A stretch of DNA of 64,000 bases from Anaerolineales bacterium (GCA_035286585.1 DATEDC010000099.1:3068-67067), one strand, 5' to 3'; counted from the stretch's first letter, positions 54,233-63,051 are shown. Made by a program: numbers and translations. The notes: a model not told the origin generated them from the sequence alone.

Positions 54233-55033
54233 TCATGGGATGCCCCATTTTTCCTGGAGCTGTTGGATGAAACCCTCGTTCTCCAGCTCGTTGATGTATT
54301 TATCCAGCTCGGCTTTCAAGGCGGTCTCGCCTTCCGGCAAAGCGATGGACTGTCCACCGATCACGGTTTCGCTGGTGACTAAGGCGACCTTCAAACCCAG
54401 GTCGTCGGCCATTTTTTGGGCCGGGTCGGCGTTGATGAACAGGATCTCGACCCTGCCTGCGGCAACATCCAGAGCGCCCTGGTCGACCCGCTCGTAGCGG
54501 AAAATCTGGTTTTCGGAAGTGCCTTTGGGCACCAGGTTATCCAGGACCCACTTCTCCTGGATTGTGCCGGTCTGCACGCCAATGGAATGTCCGGCAGCGT
54601 CCATTGGGGAATTCAGCGCCAGCGTCGAATCGCCAGCAACGATAAAAGCGTCCTTCTGGAAGTGGTAGGGGATGGAGAAATCAACTTTCTCTTCGCGCTC
54701 AGGCGAAGCCTGCATGGCGGCGATGACAACATCTACCTTCTTCTCCTGCACCGCGGCGATCAGGGCGTCGAAGGCCATATCTTTGACTTCGACTTCCACG
54801 CCCATGCGTTTGCCGATCTCAGTGATCAGGTCGATATCAAATCCGACAAAACTACCTGTTGGGTCGACGGACTCATAGGGCGGATAATCAGCGGATGTCC
54901 CGACAACCAGCGTACCTTTTTCTTTGATGGTGCCCAGGTACCCTTGCTCAGGAGCGGCGGCTTGCTGCTGGCAGCCTGCGATCAGCAGGGTTGCAATGAT
55001 GAACAGAATCAAGATCGAAGAGCGGCGTTTCAT
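54233..55033 (-). CDS. Amino acid ABC transporter substrate-binding lipoprotein
   Basis: Lipobox LLIAGC and family 3 SBP motifs (GTSADYPPYES, GFDIDL, DVVIAAM). Confidence 0.85.
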   Translation of the reverse strand: MKRRSSILILFIIATLLIAGCQQQAAAPEQGYLGTIKEKGTLVVGTSADYPPYESVDPTGSFVGFDIDLITEIGKRMGVEVEVKDMAFDALIAAVQEKKVDVVIAAMQASPEREEKVDFSIPYHFQKDAFIVAGDSTLALNSPMDAAGHSIGVQTGTIQEKWVLDNLVPKGTSENQIFRYERVDQGALDVAAGRVEILFINADPAQKMADDLGLKVALVTSETVIGGQSIALPEGETALKAELDKYINELENEGFIQQLQEKWGIP

Positions 55034-55263
55034 GATTATTCTCCTCCGGGTTACTATAGTCTCAGGCGAGTGTGGTAATTTTCATCTTTTTGAATGAGTG
55101 TTCCTGATACTGAGAACGCTTCAATAGCTCACCTCCTCTCGTCTGCGTTAGATGAGCGCAGTGTAACCGGCGGCAATTCAAGAAATTATAGTCCTATTTT
55201 CCAGGAGCGCAACCGCGAGAGAAGAGCTGATCGGAACATATCCAACCGGCAGACACCTGTTAT

Positions 55264-55288
55264 AGAAAATGATCCCCTGGTTGGGGAT
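55264..55288 (-). terminator. Weak intrinsic terminator after the 224-aa membrane protein gene
   Basis: On the minus strand: a 6-bp stem ATCCCC/GGGGAT with a 5-nt loop, then CATTTTCT. It lies 22 nt after the stop. Confidence 0.35.
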
Positions 55289-55310
55289 AGGTAAGGATCC
55301 CGGCTGAAGT

Positions 55311-55985
55311 TCACGAGTTGCGCCGCGGCCGGCGCGGCCAGAACATTGGCGTGCTCGCCTTGTAGTTCAGGTAATCTTGCCCAAAGCGAATCTCCAGCTC
55401 ACGCTCCTCGTAAATCACCAGGAATACGTAAATCGCCGGGCTGAAAATCACCAACGCCCACACCAGAAACAGGCCAGACTGAAGCCACAATCCCAACCCA
55501 ACCAGAAAAGCCAGGGCGCTCAACACCATCGGGTTGCGCGTCCAGGCGTACAGCCAGTCTGTCGCCACCAGCCGGGTCAGCGCCAGAGCAAACGGCAAAC
55601 CGAATCCTTTGAGCGCCAGGTTGAAGACCACCAGCACCAGGGCTGCCCCGCTGGCCACCATCACGCCGATACCCAGCCAGGGAGGCAGGCGCACAGGCCA
55701 TAGGGAAAAGTTTTGAGCCAACCGGGTAGCTTCGATGACAGACGCGCCGAGCAGGGTCAGGAGCAAATAATGCATCCCGGTAGTCAACCAAATGGCCCTG
55801 CGCATCCCCGGCTGCTGGTCCAAAAAGCGCCTGCCCAGGTAGACGAGGGGTGCGACCAAAATCGGGCCACCCAGGGTGATCGCCAGGCTGCTGCCGAGGC
55901 TGAATTCGCGGTCAATCACCCACAGCCAGATGAGCCAGGTCAGCACCAGGCCCAATACATTCGCCAGGCTGATCAACATAGGCAC
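55311..55985 (-). CDS. Membrane methyltransferase-family protein (ICMT/PEMT/DUF1295-like)
   Basis: ~6 TM helices and a C-terminal WTRNPMVLSALAF...IYEERELEIRFGQDYLNYKASTPMFWP. Confidence 0.55.
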   Translation of the reverse strand: MPMLISLANVLGLVLTWLIWLWVIDREFSLGSSLAITLGGPILVAPLVYLGRRFLDQQPGMRRAIWLTTGMHYLLLTLLGASVIEATRLAQNFSLWPVRLPPWLGIGVMVASGAALVLVVFNLALKGFGLPFALALTRLVATDWLYAWTRNPMVLSALAFLVGLGLWLQSGLFLVWALVIFSPAIYVFLVIYEERELEIRFGQDYLNYKASTPMFWPRRPRRNS

Positions 55986-55997
55986 GCCTCCCGTGCG

Positions 55998-56252
55998 CTA
56001 CTGCACTTTGTAAACCTCATCCCCCCGGCGAACGTAATCCCAAACCTTCAAGGCAACTTCACCCGGGCCGGCAGACCGAACTTTCTGATGCTCGATTTCT
56101 ATCGATTCGGCTGTCTGGGTGAAATCAGTGACACGCCCGACAATATGGATGGTATCCCCCATTGTGAGCTCATCGTTCAAGTCGAGCACGGCAACGTTGA
56201 TGCGGTTATAGAAATGGACGACTTTTCCAATCAGGACTTCCATCTTCATCAC
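55998..56252 (-). CDS. Small EF-Tu domain-2-like beta-barrel protein
   Basis: 84 aa. IGKVVHFYNRINVAVLDL...GDTIHIVG...IEIEHQKV..AGPGEVALKV resembles translation-factor domain II stand-alone proteins. GGAGGTG RBS. Confidence 0.5.
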   Translation of the reverse strand: MMKMEVLIGKVVHFYNRINVAVLDLNDELTMGDTIHIVGRVTDFTQTAESIEIEHQKVRSAGPGEVALKVWDYVRRGDEVYKVQ

Positions 56253-56535
56253 CTCCGGATCGTAAAGGACACCCAGAGCGGGGCGGGGAGCAGAAATGTA
56301 TGCAGAAAACCGCCCGGCAGCTCAATCAGGGTGACGTATTTCTGCTATCAGCATACCGGAAATTTGTGTAGGAATCAAGAGGTATTATCCCCGGAAGGTA
56401 AAGGGAATGTCACCCTGGCCTGAAGACGGCCTGTTGATCAGGAAAGTACGTTGTGCATTGGCTGTAATAAAGACAGTGAACAGAACCACAAAGCCGCAAA
56501 GCCACAAAGGTAGAGATATGCATTAGAATTACATT

Positions 56536-57306
56536 ATGCGCTCAAACGAAGATGAACCGCTGGTCGATCCCAAGAAAGTGGTCTCTAACTATCTGGTAAG
56601 AACGGGGATCAGCCTGCCGCAGCTCGGCGTCGCGCCGCTGGTGGTGGTCTCCTGGGGTCGAAGTGTGGTGCAGAGGTTGGCAGAGCAAGCCCAGGCTCAG
56701 CTTTCCGAGCACTGGTTTTATGGCGACCGCAATCCGCTTTTCCACGGGGTTTACGCGGGTAAACCGGTTTCATTTGTACAGATGCCGGTGGGCGCGCCCG
56801 GCACGGTGATGATCATGGAGGAATTAATCGCCTGCGGGGCGAGCACTATTTTAGGATTGGGTTGGGCAGGCAGCCTGCAGCCCGAGGCTCCGATAGGCAG
56901 CCTGATCATCCCCACCGCCTGCCTTAGTGAGGAGGGCACCTCGCTGCATTATTTCGATGAGGAGGTTGACCTTGCGCCCGACCCCGGGTTGGTGGCTTTG
57001 CTGGTCAAGAATGCCAGGCTGGAGGGGGCAACGGCCCTGGCTGGTCCGTTATGGACTACTGATGCCCCCTACCGAGAGCTGCGCTACAAAGTGAGCGAAT
57101 ACCAGCGCCAGGGCATTCTGGGGGTGGACATGGAGACTTCCGCCATGTACGCCTTGGGCATCTTCAGAAGGATACGGGTGTGCAATATGCTGGTGGTGAG
57201 CGACCAGCTCGTCGAAGAGTGGGACGAAGCCTTCGGCACCGAGCGCCTCCAGGAGGCCAATCGAGTGGCGCAGCAGGTCGTCCTGCGCACCTTGAGCGCA
57301 CTATAG
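56536..57306 (+). CDS. Nucleoside phosphorylase (PNP/UDP family 1)
   Basis: MPVGAPGTVMIMEELIACG, GWAGSL and GVDMETSAMYALG motifs. Confidence 0.7.
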   Translation: MRSNEDEPLVDPKKVVSNYLVRTGISLPQLGVAPLVVVSWGRSVVQRLAEQAQAQLSEHWFYGDRNPLFHGVYAGKPVSFVQMPVGAPGTVMIMEELIACGASTILGLGWAGSLQPEAPIGSLIIPTACLSEEGTSLHYFDEEVDLAPDPGLVALLVKNARLEGATALAGPLWTTDAPYRELRYKVSEYQRQGILGVDMETSAMYALGIFRRIRVCNMLVVSDQLVEEWDEAFGTERLQEANRVAQQVVLRTLSAL

Positions 57307-57454
57307 TGGATCAAGCTCCAGGAGAGAAACCAGGCAATTAGTAGTAAAATAGCAACAGTATATTCTTTACCGACTGAGGGGATGCCTCGCTGAGGCTGCA
57401 GCCGTCTTCGGCGCATATCCCCGAGAGCTGAAGTCAAGAAATGGAGAGATAAGC

Positions 57455-57628
57455 ATGTTTCGATTTGGACCCACCGAGCTTTTGATCATTCTGGTGATTG
57501 TCATTCTGTTGTTTGGCGTTGGACGGATCAGTAAAATCGCCGGCGAACTGGGGAGCGGTATCCGCTCCTTCCGCAAGGGATTGGAAGAGCCGGAGGAAGA
57601 AAAAGAATCGACCAAAGAAGAATCCTGA
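57455..57628 (+). CDS. tatA: Twin-arginine translocase subunit TatA/E
   Basis: 57 aa, too short for the ORF track. MFRFGPTELLIILVIVILLFGVGRISKIAGELGSGIRSFRKGL followed by an acidic tail. GGAGAG lies upstream. Confidence 0.8.
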   Translation: MFRFGPTELLIILVIVILLFGVGRISKIAGELGSGIRSFRKGLEEPEEEKESTKEES

Positions 57629-57644
57629 TTCGCAGCAAATGATT

Positions 57645-57802
57645 GATCTCCGAGCCGGGCAGCCTGTAGCCTGATATGGTTATGGTTGCCAGGCCGGTCG
57701 CTGAGGCGACCCAGGCCGGTGGTGGAAATACACCGACCTCCCGAAATTCTTTTCGCTACGGGGAAGGCTGCCGTTGCGAGGAATGGAATTGGAAAGGAGA
57801 CG
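57645..57802 (+). ncRNA. Candidate molybdenum-cofactor (Moco-type) riboswitch aptamer
   Basis: From memory of the Moco RNA motif: 5' CUCCGAGCC, internal CACCGACCUCCC and 3' GGAAAGGAG. The helices visible are:
- P1: UCUCC (57647-51) / GGAGA (57796-800)
- Inner helix: GGCAGCC (57658-64) / GGCUGCC (57766-72)
- Hairpin: GGUCGC-UGAG-GCGACC
Not verified with a covariance model. Confidence 0.5.
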
Positions 57803-57824
57803 ACCAAATGTTCGCTTTTGCATG

Positions 57825-57857
57825 GGCCGTCTCTGCTGAGACGGCCTGATTTATTAT
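57825..57857 (+). terminator. Intrinsic terminator (likely riboswitch expression platform) upstream of the FmdE-like gene
   Basis: Perfect 9-bp stem GGCCGTCTC (57825-33) / GAGACGGCC (57838-46) with loop TGCT, followed by TGATTTATTAT. It ends 17 nt before the ATG at 57874. Confidence 0.55.
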
Positions 57858-57873
57858 AAAGAGAGAATAGAAG

Positions 57874-58512
57874 ATGACCAATTCTCCACTTGCCAAATTG
57901 CTGAAAATGTCGGCGTGTCGTCACAGCCATCTTTGCCCACGGCAAGTTTTGGGGGTACGGATCGCCCTGGCGGGGGCAGCAGCGCTCGATCTGGCTCTCC
58001 CGCGCCGGGATAAGCGCATGCTGGGCATCCTGGAAACGGACGGCTGTTTCGCGGATGGGGTGGAAGTGGCCAGTGGGTGTACGCTGGGACACCGCACGCT
58101 AAGAGTGGAGGATTACGGGAAGATCGCGGCCACTTTCATCGATGTCACCAGGGGGGCAGCTGTGCGTCTCTCCCCCACGCCTGAGATCCGAGAGCAGGCT
58201 TTCGTCTACGCCGGGGATGAAAAACGCCGCTACTTTGCCCAACTGCACGCTTACCAGGTAATGCCCGATTCCGAGTTGCTTACCATCCAGGCGGTGCGCC
58301 TGTTGACGCCGGTAGACAAGATCGTGAGCAGACCTGGCGTGCGGGTCAACTGTGCAGAATGTGGGGAGGAGATCATCAACGAGCGCGAAGTCGTGCGCGG
58401 GGAAATCATCCTTTGCCGGGGATGTGCCGGGCCAGCCTATTACAAAACGATTGTAGAGCCCCTGCCAGTTCCGTTATGGCTTGCCAGTCAGGTGGTTAAG
58501 AATTCGGCGTGA
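57874..58512 (+). CDS. FmdE-domain protein with a C-terminal zinc ribbon
   Basis: CRHSHLCPRQVLGVRIALAG...ETDGCFADGV (FmdE/PF02663-like) and C-terminal CAECGEEI...CRGC. Confidence 0.7.
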   Translation: MTNSPLAKLLKMSACRHSHLCPRQVLGVRIALAGAAALDLALPRRDKRMLGILETDGCFADGVEVASGCTLGHRTLRVEDYGKIAATFIDVTRGAAVRLSPTPEIREQAFVYAGDEKRRYFAQLHAYQVMPDSELLTIQAVRLLTPVDKIVSRPGVRVNCAECGEEIINEREVVRGEIILCRGCAGPAYYKTIVEPLPVPLWLASQVVKNSA

Positions 58513-59273
58513 TCGACCCTGGCGCGCTGCCACCCCCACAGCTTGCACTGTTGGTCATAGCCATCGCGTTTCTGTACTCGAGCGTTGGTTTTGGGGGAGC
58601 TTCAGGCTATCTGGCTGCGATGAGCCTTTTCACCATCGCCCCGCAGGTGATGTCCAGCACGGCGTTGATTTTAAATCTATTTGTCTCGGGTATTGCTTTT
58701 GTAGCGTATTACAGGGCGCTACATTTTAAGCCGCGCCTGGTGTGGCCCTTTTTACTCACCTCTGTGCCAGCAGCTTTTATCGGGGGCTTCCTGGACATCA
58801 GCGCCAACACTTATCTGACGCTGCTCTACCTTTCGCTCACCTACATCGCATTCCGGCTGTTATTTTTTCACAGAGTAAATGACGACGAGCAAAACAACCT
58901 GCGCCCACTTTCGCTGGTGATTGCCCTTCTATGCGGGGCGGGTATCGGGCTGCTCTCCGGGATGCTGGGGATCGGAGGAGGGATCTTTTTATCGCCGCTG
59001 ATCGTGATGGCGGGTTGGGGCACGCCTAAACAGGCCGCAGCTTCAGCGGCGGCGTTCATCTTTGTCAACTCTTTCAGCGGACTGGTGGGTCGGGCGCTCG
59101 GCGCCAATCTGGAATTGGGTTTACTGGGGGCGACCCTGCTTCCATTGGGATTGACAGGCGCATGGGCTGGCAGCCGGCTGGGAGCACACCATCTCTCGGG
59201 GGCGGCTGTGCGCCGCTTGCTGGGATTGGCGCTGTTCATCGCAGCGGCTCGCTATTGGAGCGCTTTCTTCTAA
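58509..59273 (+). CDS. TauE/SafE-family anion permease
   Basis: 7-8 TM helices and paired motifs GFGGASGYL / GIGGGIFLSPL. The GTG start overlaps the FmdE-like stop (GTGA). Confidence 0.8.
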   Translation: MIDPGALPPPQLALLVIAIAFLYSSVGFGGASGYLAAMSLFTIAPQVMSSTALILNLFVSGIAFVAYYRALHFKPRLVWPFLLTSVPAAFIGGFLDISANTYLTLLYLSLTYIAFRLLFFHRVNDDEQNNLRPLSLVIALLCGAGIGLLSGMLGIGGGIFLSPLIVMAGWGTPKQAAASAAAFIFVNSFSGLVGRALGANLELGLLGATLLPLGLTGAWAGSRLGAHHLSGAAVRRLLGLALFIAAARYWSAFF

Positions 59274-59307
59274 CAAATTCGGTGGTGAGCAGTGTCTGGA
59301 AATGCGA

Positions 59308-59586
59308 TCACCTGGGTGTGTTATTCTCGAAAATTGTGCGGCTGGTAAGGTATACCACCACCAGAATTGTGATGATAATGAGCTGACCTGTCAACAAGCC
59401 GATTAATTCGGCTTCGAAGAGCAGATCACGACCGTTGGATACCACCAGCCGGCCCAAGTTCATTAAACTTGTAGCTATCTGAATCAAGTGATCGCTGATA
59501 TATGCTGAAGCCGCCAGAGCCATGCCAGTGAAGGGTATGGCGATGATCAGCGTCCAGAACACTGCTGTAGCCTGAACTTTACGCAT
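59308..59586 (-). CDS. Small hypothetical membrane protein (3 TM)
   Basis: ATG preceded by a strong AGGAGG. It has hydrophobic segments and I recognise no family. Confidence 0.5.
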   Translation of the reverse strand: MRKVQATAVFWTLIIAIPFTGMALAASAYISDHLIQIATSLMNLGRLVVSNGRDLLFEAELIGLLTGQLIIITILVVVYLTSRTIFENNTPR

Positions 59587-59706
59587 ACCAGCCTCCTGTT
59601 TGTTACTCTTGTTTAGAGTATATAGATTTAATTGTGGCTATTCAATAGGTTAAGCTGGGGATTAATTTATAGGGTGTTTACCCTATATCGGGTCGTTGGG
59701 AGGTGG

Positions 59707-60360
59707 CTAAGCTTCAATCATACCTTTGCGGATAGCGTAGCGGACCAGATCGATACGGCGATGCAAATTGAGCTTACGCATGATATTCTCGCGATGACGT
59801 GCCACGGTGTGTGGGCTGATGTACAGGCGGGCTGCGACCTCTTCATTATTTAACCCGTCTGCCAATAACTCCAGCACTTCTATCTCACGGGGCGTCAGCT
59901 CTTGGATATCGTCCGCCTCGCTTTCATCGGGAGAATATCTCAGAAAATCTTTGACCAGTATTTTTGCCAAGGCAGGGTGGATATACACCTCGCCCTTGTG
60001 AGCTGCGCGGACAGCGTTGATCAGGTGTTCAGGGGCGGCTCGTTTGGGCACATAGCCAGAGGCGCCAGCGCGCAGCATCTCGAAGAAATATTGCTCGTCT
60101 TCGTGGATGGTCAAGGCGATTATGCATACCTCAGGCTGGTCCTGGAGGATCAGGCGGGTGACCTCGATGCCTGAAATATCCGGCAATGTCAGGTCCATGA
60201 CCACAACATCTGGATTTAACTGCTTTATCCGCTGAAGAGCCTCTCCGCCGGAGCTGGCTTCACCGATAATCAGCATATCCTCGCAGCTCTCGAGCAGCAT
60301 GCGCAGTCCGGTACGGACCACTTCATGATCATCTACTAACAAGAGACGAATCTCGCTCAT
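59707..60360 (-). CDS. NarL/FixJ-family response regulator (REC + LuxR HTH)
   Basis: LLVDDHEVVRTG..., DVVVMDLTLPD, and LTPREIEVLELLADGLNNEEVAARLYISPHTVARHRENIMRKL. Confidence 0.9.
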   Translation of the reverse strand: MSEIRLLLVDDHEVVRTGLRMLLESCEDMLIIGEASSGGEALQRIKQLNPDVVVMDLTLPDISGIEVTRLILQDQPEVCIIALTIHEDEQYFFEMLRAGASGYVPKRAAPEHLINAVRAAHKGEVYIHPALAKILVKDFLRYSPDESEADDIQELTPREIEVLELLADGLNNEEVAARLYISPHTVARHRENIMRKLNLHRRIDLVRYAIRKGMIEA

Positions 60361-61837
60361 TTTCTTTTCTTTCCGCCGGAAGGTCGACTTCCACCATTAC
60401 TTTCGTACCCCGTCCGGGCAGGGAAATCACCTGGCACTTCCCTCCGACCGAGCTGGCGCGTTCCATCATGCCCATTATACCCAGGCATTGATATTCCGGA
60501 CCGCCCCTTAAAACCAGGTCGGTATCAAATCCTTCCCCATCGTCATCGATATTGATAATGATCTGCTGATCAGTTTTGGTCAATAATATGGTCACCTGTC
60601 TGGCATGCGCGTGCCGAATTACGTTGTTGATCGCTTCCTGGACAATGCGGTATAAAACTAAACGGATATCCGCGGGAATATCGAGGTTGTCCAATTGATT
60701 GATGACCTTCACCGGCAAGTTATAACGCTGCTGAACCTCGCTGGTGAGGGAGCGAATCGCGGCGACCAGCCCCAAATCATCCAGCTGTGGCGGGTGAAGG
60801 CCGGAAACTATGCCGCGCAATTCATCCAGCCCGCTGTTGGTGAGCCGTTGGAGCTGGATAGTCTGTCTTGTTGCCCGCTCGGGATCCCGATCGATGGCGT
60901 CAATAATCCCCTTAAGCCCCATACCGATGGCGGTTAGTGTTTGCCCTGTCTCATCGTGAAGCTCGCGAGCGATGCGCTTGCGCTCGTCTTCCTGAGCACG
61001 AATAGTGCGGTGAAATAACTCGTTGCGCAGGTAATCCAGGCGAATTTTTTCAGCCTGTTGGGCATTGCTGAGCTCGTTGATGCGGCGTTTGTTCTCTTCT
61101 TCGAAGACGCGTAAGGAGTGGATAATTGCAATGGCGACCACGGCTGCCATAGAGGCGCGGAAGACCTGGATTGGAAAGCCAACCCAGCGCATGAACGCCT
61201 CTGCATTGATGGCATGCAGAGGAATGATACCACTGGGTGAGACGAATAACTGCCCTATGCCGCCATAGAAGGCGAAAGCGATGGCCGCCACAAGCAAGTC
61301 GTTGCCGAAGCGGTGCATGCCCTCGCCTTTGAACTGGCGTCGTTGCAAGATCAGACCCCAGGCAGTTATGGCTGCACCAGGTATCGCCAGCGAGTAGCGG
61401 GTGTAGATATCTGCCCATACGAAAGCCGTTTGCATATCTGGGGCGCGCCAGGCAAGTAAGGTCAAACCGGATGCGTAGATAAGAGCGGCAAATCCCAATG
61501 CCAGTTGAAGGGTGCGTTTTGCCGACCTCCCGGCGATGAGCAGCAGACCAAATTGCAAGAGCAGGAAGAATGAAACCGCCAGTATTGAGATGCGCAGCAC
61601 ACTTAACCAGATGGGCGGCGCCGCCGCATTAGACCGACTGGATATAATCAAAAACATCTCTAACCATTCATGGCTGCCGTGAATGATGCCAAACAGGCTT
61701 AAAGGCAATAAGGCTCTGGCGAAATACAACCTGGAAGAGTGACCAGCTTCCATGAAGACTGCCAATCCCATGCTGAAGAACGAGAGCCCGTAGAAAAAAT
61801 ATACGAGGAGGATGTTATTCAGAAAGTAATCTGCCAC
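60329..61837 (-). CDS. Sensor histidine kinase, HisKA_3/NarX-DesK type, with an N-terminal ~7-TM sensing domain
   Basis: H-box ERKRIARELHDETGQTL plus HATPase N/G boxes (QEAINNVIRHA, DDDGEGF, LGIMGMMERA). The GTG start is 5 nt after the upstream stop, and the gene overlaps the RR by 32 nt. Confidence 0.85.
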   Translation of the reverse strand: MADYFLNNILLVYFFYGLSFFSMGLAVFMEAGHSSRLYFARALLPLSLFGIIHGSHEWLEMFLIISSRSNAAAPPIWLSVLRISILAVSFFLLLQFGLLLIAGRSAKRTLQLALGFAALIYASGLTLLAWRAPDMQTAFVWADIYTRYSLAIPGAAITAWGLILQRRQFKGEGMHRFGNDLLVAAIAFAFYGGIGQLFVSPSGIIPLHAINAEAFMRWVGFPIQVFRASMAAVVAIAIIHSLRVFEEENKRRINELSNAQQAEKIRLDYLRNELFHRTIRAQEDERKRIARELHDETGQTLTAIGMGLKGIIDAIDRDPERATRQTIQLQRLTNSGLDELRGIVSGLHPPQLDDLGLVAAIRSLTSEVQQRYNLPVKVINQLDNLDIPADIRLVLYRIVQEAINNVIRHAHARQVTILLTKTDQQIIINIDDDGEGFDTDLVLRGGPEYQCLGIMGMMERASSVGGKCQVISLPGRGTKVMVEVDLPAERKENERDSSLVSR

Positions 61838-61842
61838 GCCTG

Positions 61843-63051
61843 CTACTTTTCAGCTGCGCCGGCTGCTATCCATTCAATCACCTGTTCTAACTCGTCCAGG
61901 GTGAGTTGTCCAGGATGATTGCCGGCAGATTGGACGGTTACCACGGTGCTGGCTTCAGGGTCTCCTGACACGATTCCCGGTCCGCTATCGCCTCCCTGGA
62001 GTGCGCTCTGGTAATCTGCCAAAGAAAGCCCACCGACCGCAGTGAATCCATGGCAGGTGCCGCAGCGATTTCGGAATAGGTCGCGGTAATTGCCCTCCCA
62101 TGAATTCGGGCTGACCGCAGCCTCGCCTGGGATCGGTGTTGGCGTCGGAATGGGAGTGGGTCGCGGTGTGGGGGTAATTGGAACGAATACGGCTACCGTT
62201 TCACGGGGGGGAATAGTAGTTATCGACGTTTCCTCAAAGGTCACATATTTGTAAATACCAAATAGCAGGGAAATGGTAAGAATTACTGCGGGGGGGAGGA
62301 AGATGCGTTGGCGCCGGCGGATTTCCTCTGGTTTGGGGATGGCGGGAGCGCTGCCAGACTCGATCAAATTCAGCTCGGCCGGGTGTTCGTGCTCCATCTC
62401 CTGGCGGGTGAGCTTACCGGTGAACATGCTTTTATTGAAATGCTTTATATGTACATGGTAGAAGTGCCAGATTACGATGGATAACACTGCCAGGACTGCT
62501 TCACCACCATGCGCGGCTTTGGAGGCAGGGATAAATTGGCCTGGGAGTATGCTGGCAGTGGCGACAGGGTTCCACATCATGAAACCGGTGATTGCCATGA
62601 CGAGCGTGCCCCAGACTACTGCCAGGTATTCCACCTTTTCGATATAACTGTACCTCCCGTAGTAGGCTTTCCGTTTACGCAAATTGAAGTAATAGGCCAG
62701 ATCGTGGAGCAGGTGCTTGAAGTCTTCCAGAAGCGGCAGCATGGTCAGAGGCGAGCGCAGTACGATGATTCGGTAGAGCACCGCCACGATGTGGAATACA
62801 CTGACCAGCATCAGCACAATTGCCGCAATGTGGTGGATCTGGCGGGTCATCTCGATTCCGCCGAACGAGCGGATCATCCATTCGCCGATGGTGGAGGTGG
62901 CGAACATTTGAGGCAGACCTGTCAAGGCGAGTATGGTGAAGGAAACCAGCATTATCAGGTGCTCAAGACGTTGAGACAGGTCAAAGCGCGTATATGTCTC
63001 GCTGCCCTCGTCGGAAGATGGCGCTGGAGCGGGGTTAGCTGAGGCTGCCAT
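61843..63051 (-). CDS. Cytochrome b (formate dehydrogenase gamma/Ni-Fe hydrogenase cyt b-like) membrane protein fused to a C-terminal c-type cytochrome domain
   Basis: 4-5 TM helices with conserved His (RLEHLIM, QIHHIAA, IVIWHFYHVH). A Pro/Thr linker is followed by a C-terminal CGTCHG heme-c motif. The likely start is the ATG at 63051, and the ORF-track extension overlaps the upstream gene. Confidence 0.7.
   Translation of the reverse strand: MAASANPAPAPSSDEGSETYTRFDLSQRLEHLIMLVSFTILALTGLPQMFATSTIGEWMIRSFGGIEMTRQIHHIAAIVLMLVSVFHIVAVLYRIIVLRSPLTMLPLLEDFKHLLHDLAYYFNLRKRKAYYGRYSYIEKVEYLAVVWGTLVMAITGFMMWNPVATASILPGQFIPASKAAHGGEAVLAVLSIVIWHFYHVHIKHFNKSMFTGKLTRQEMEHEHPAELNLIESGSAPAIPKPEEIRRRQRIFLPPAVILTISLLFGIYKYVTFEETSITTIPPRETVAVFVPITPTPRPTPIPTPTPIPGEAAVSPNSWEGNYRDLFRNRCGTCHGFTAVGGLSLADYQSALQGGDSGPGIVSGDPEASTVVTVQSAGNHPGQLTLDELEQVIEWIAAGAAEK

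Noticed and set aside
53475-54497. 340-aa plus-strand ORF
   Set aside because: It is antisense to the ABC ATPase, permease and SBP genes, which have unambiguous motifs. The composition is R/G/H/Q-biased, so I treat it as a shadow ORF.
56486-56510. Three short direct repeats (CACAAAGCC / GCAAAGCC / ACAAAGG) upstream of the nucleoside phosphorylase gene
   Set aside because: They are too short and too degenerate to distinguish an operator or iteron from chance.
57367-58092. 241-aa minus-strand ORF
   Set aside because: It overlaps tatA, the riboswitch-like leader and the FmdE-like gene on the opposite strand. The plus-strand features have clear family signatures and RBSs, and this ORF has neither.
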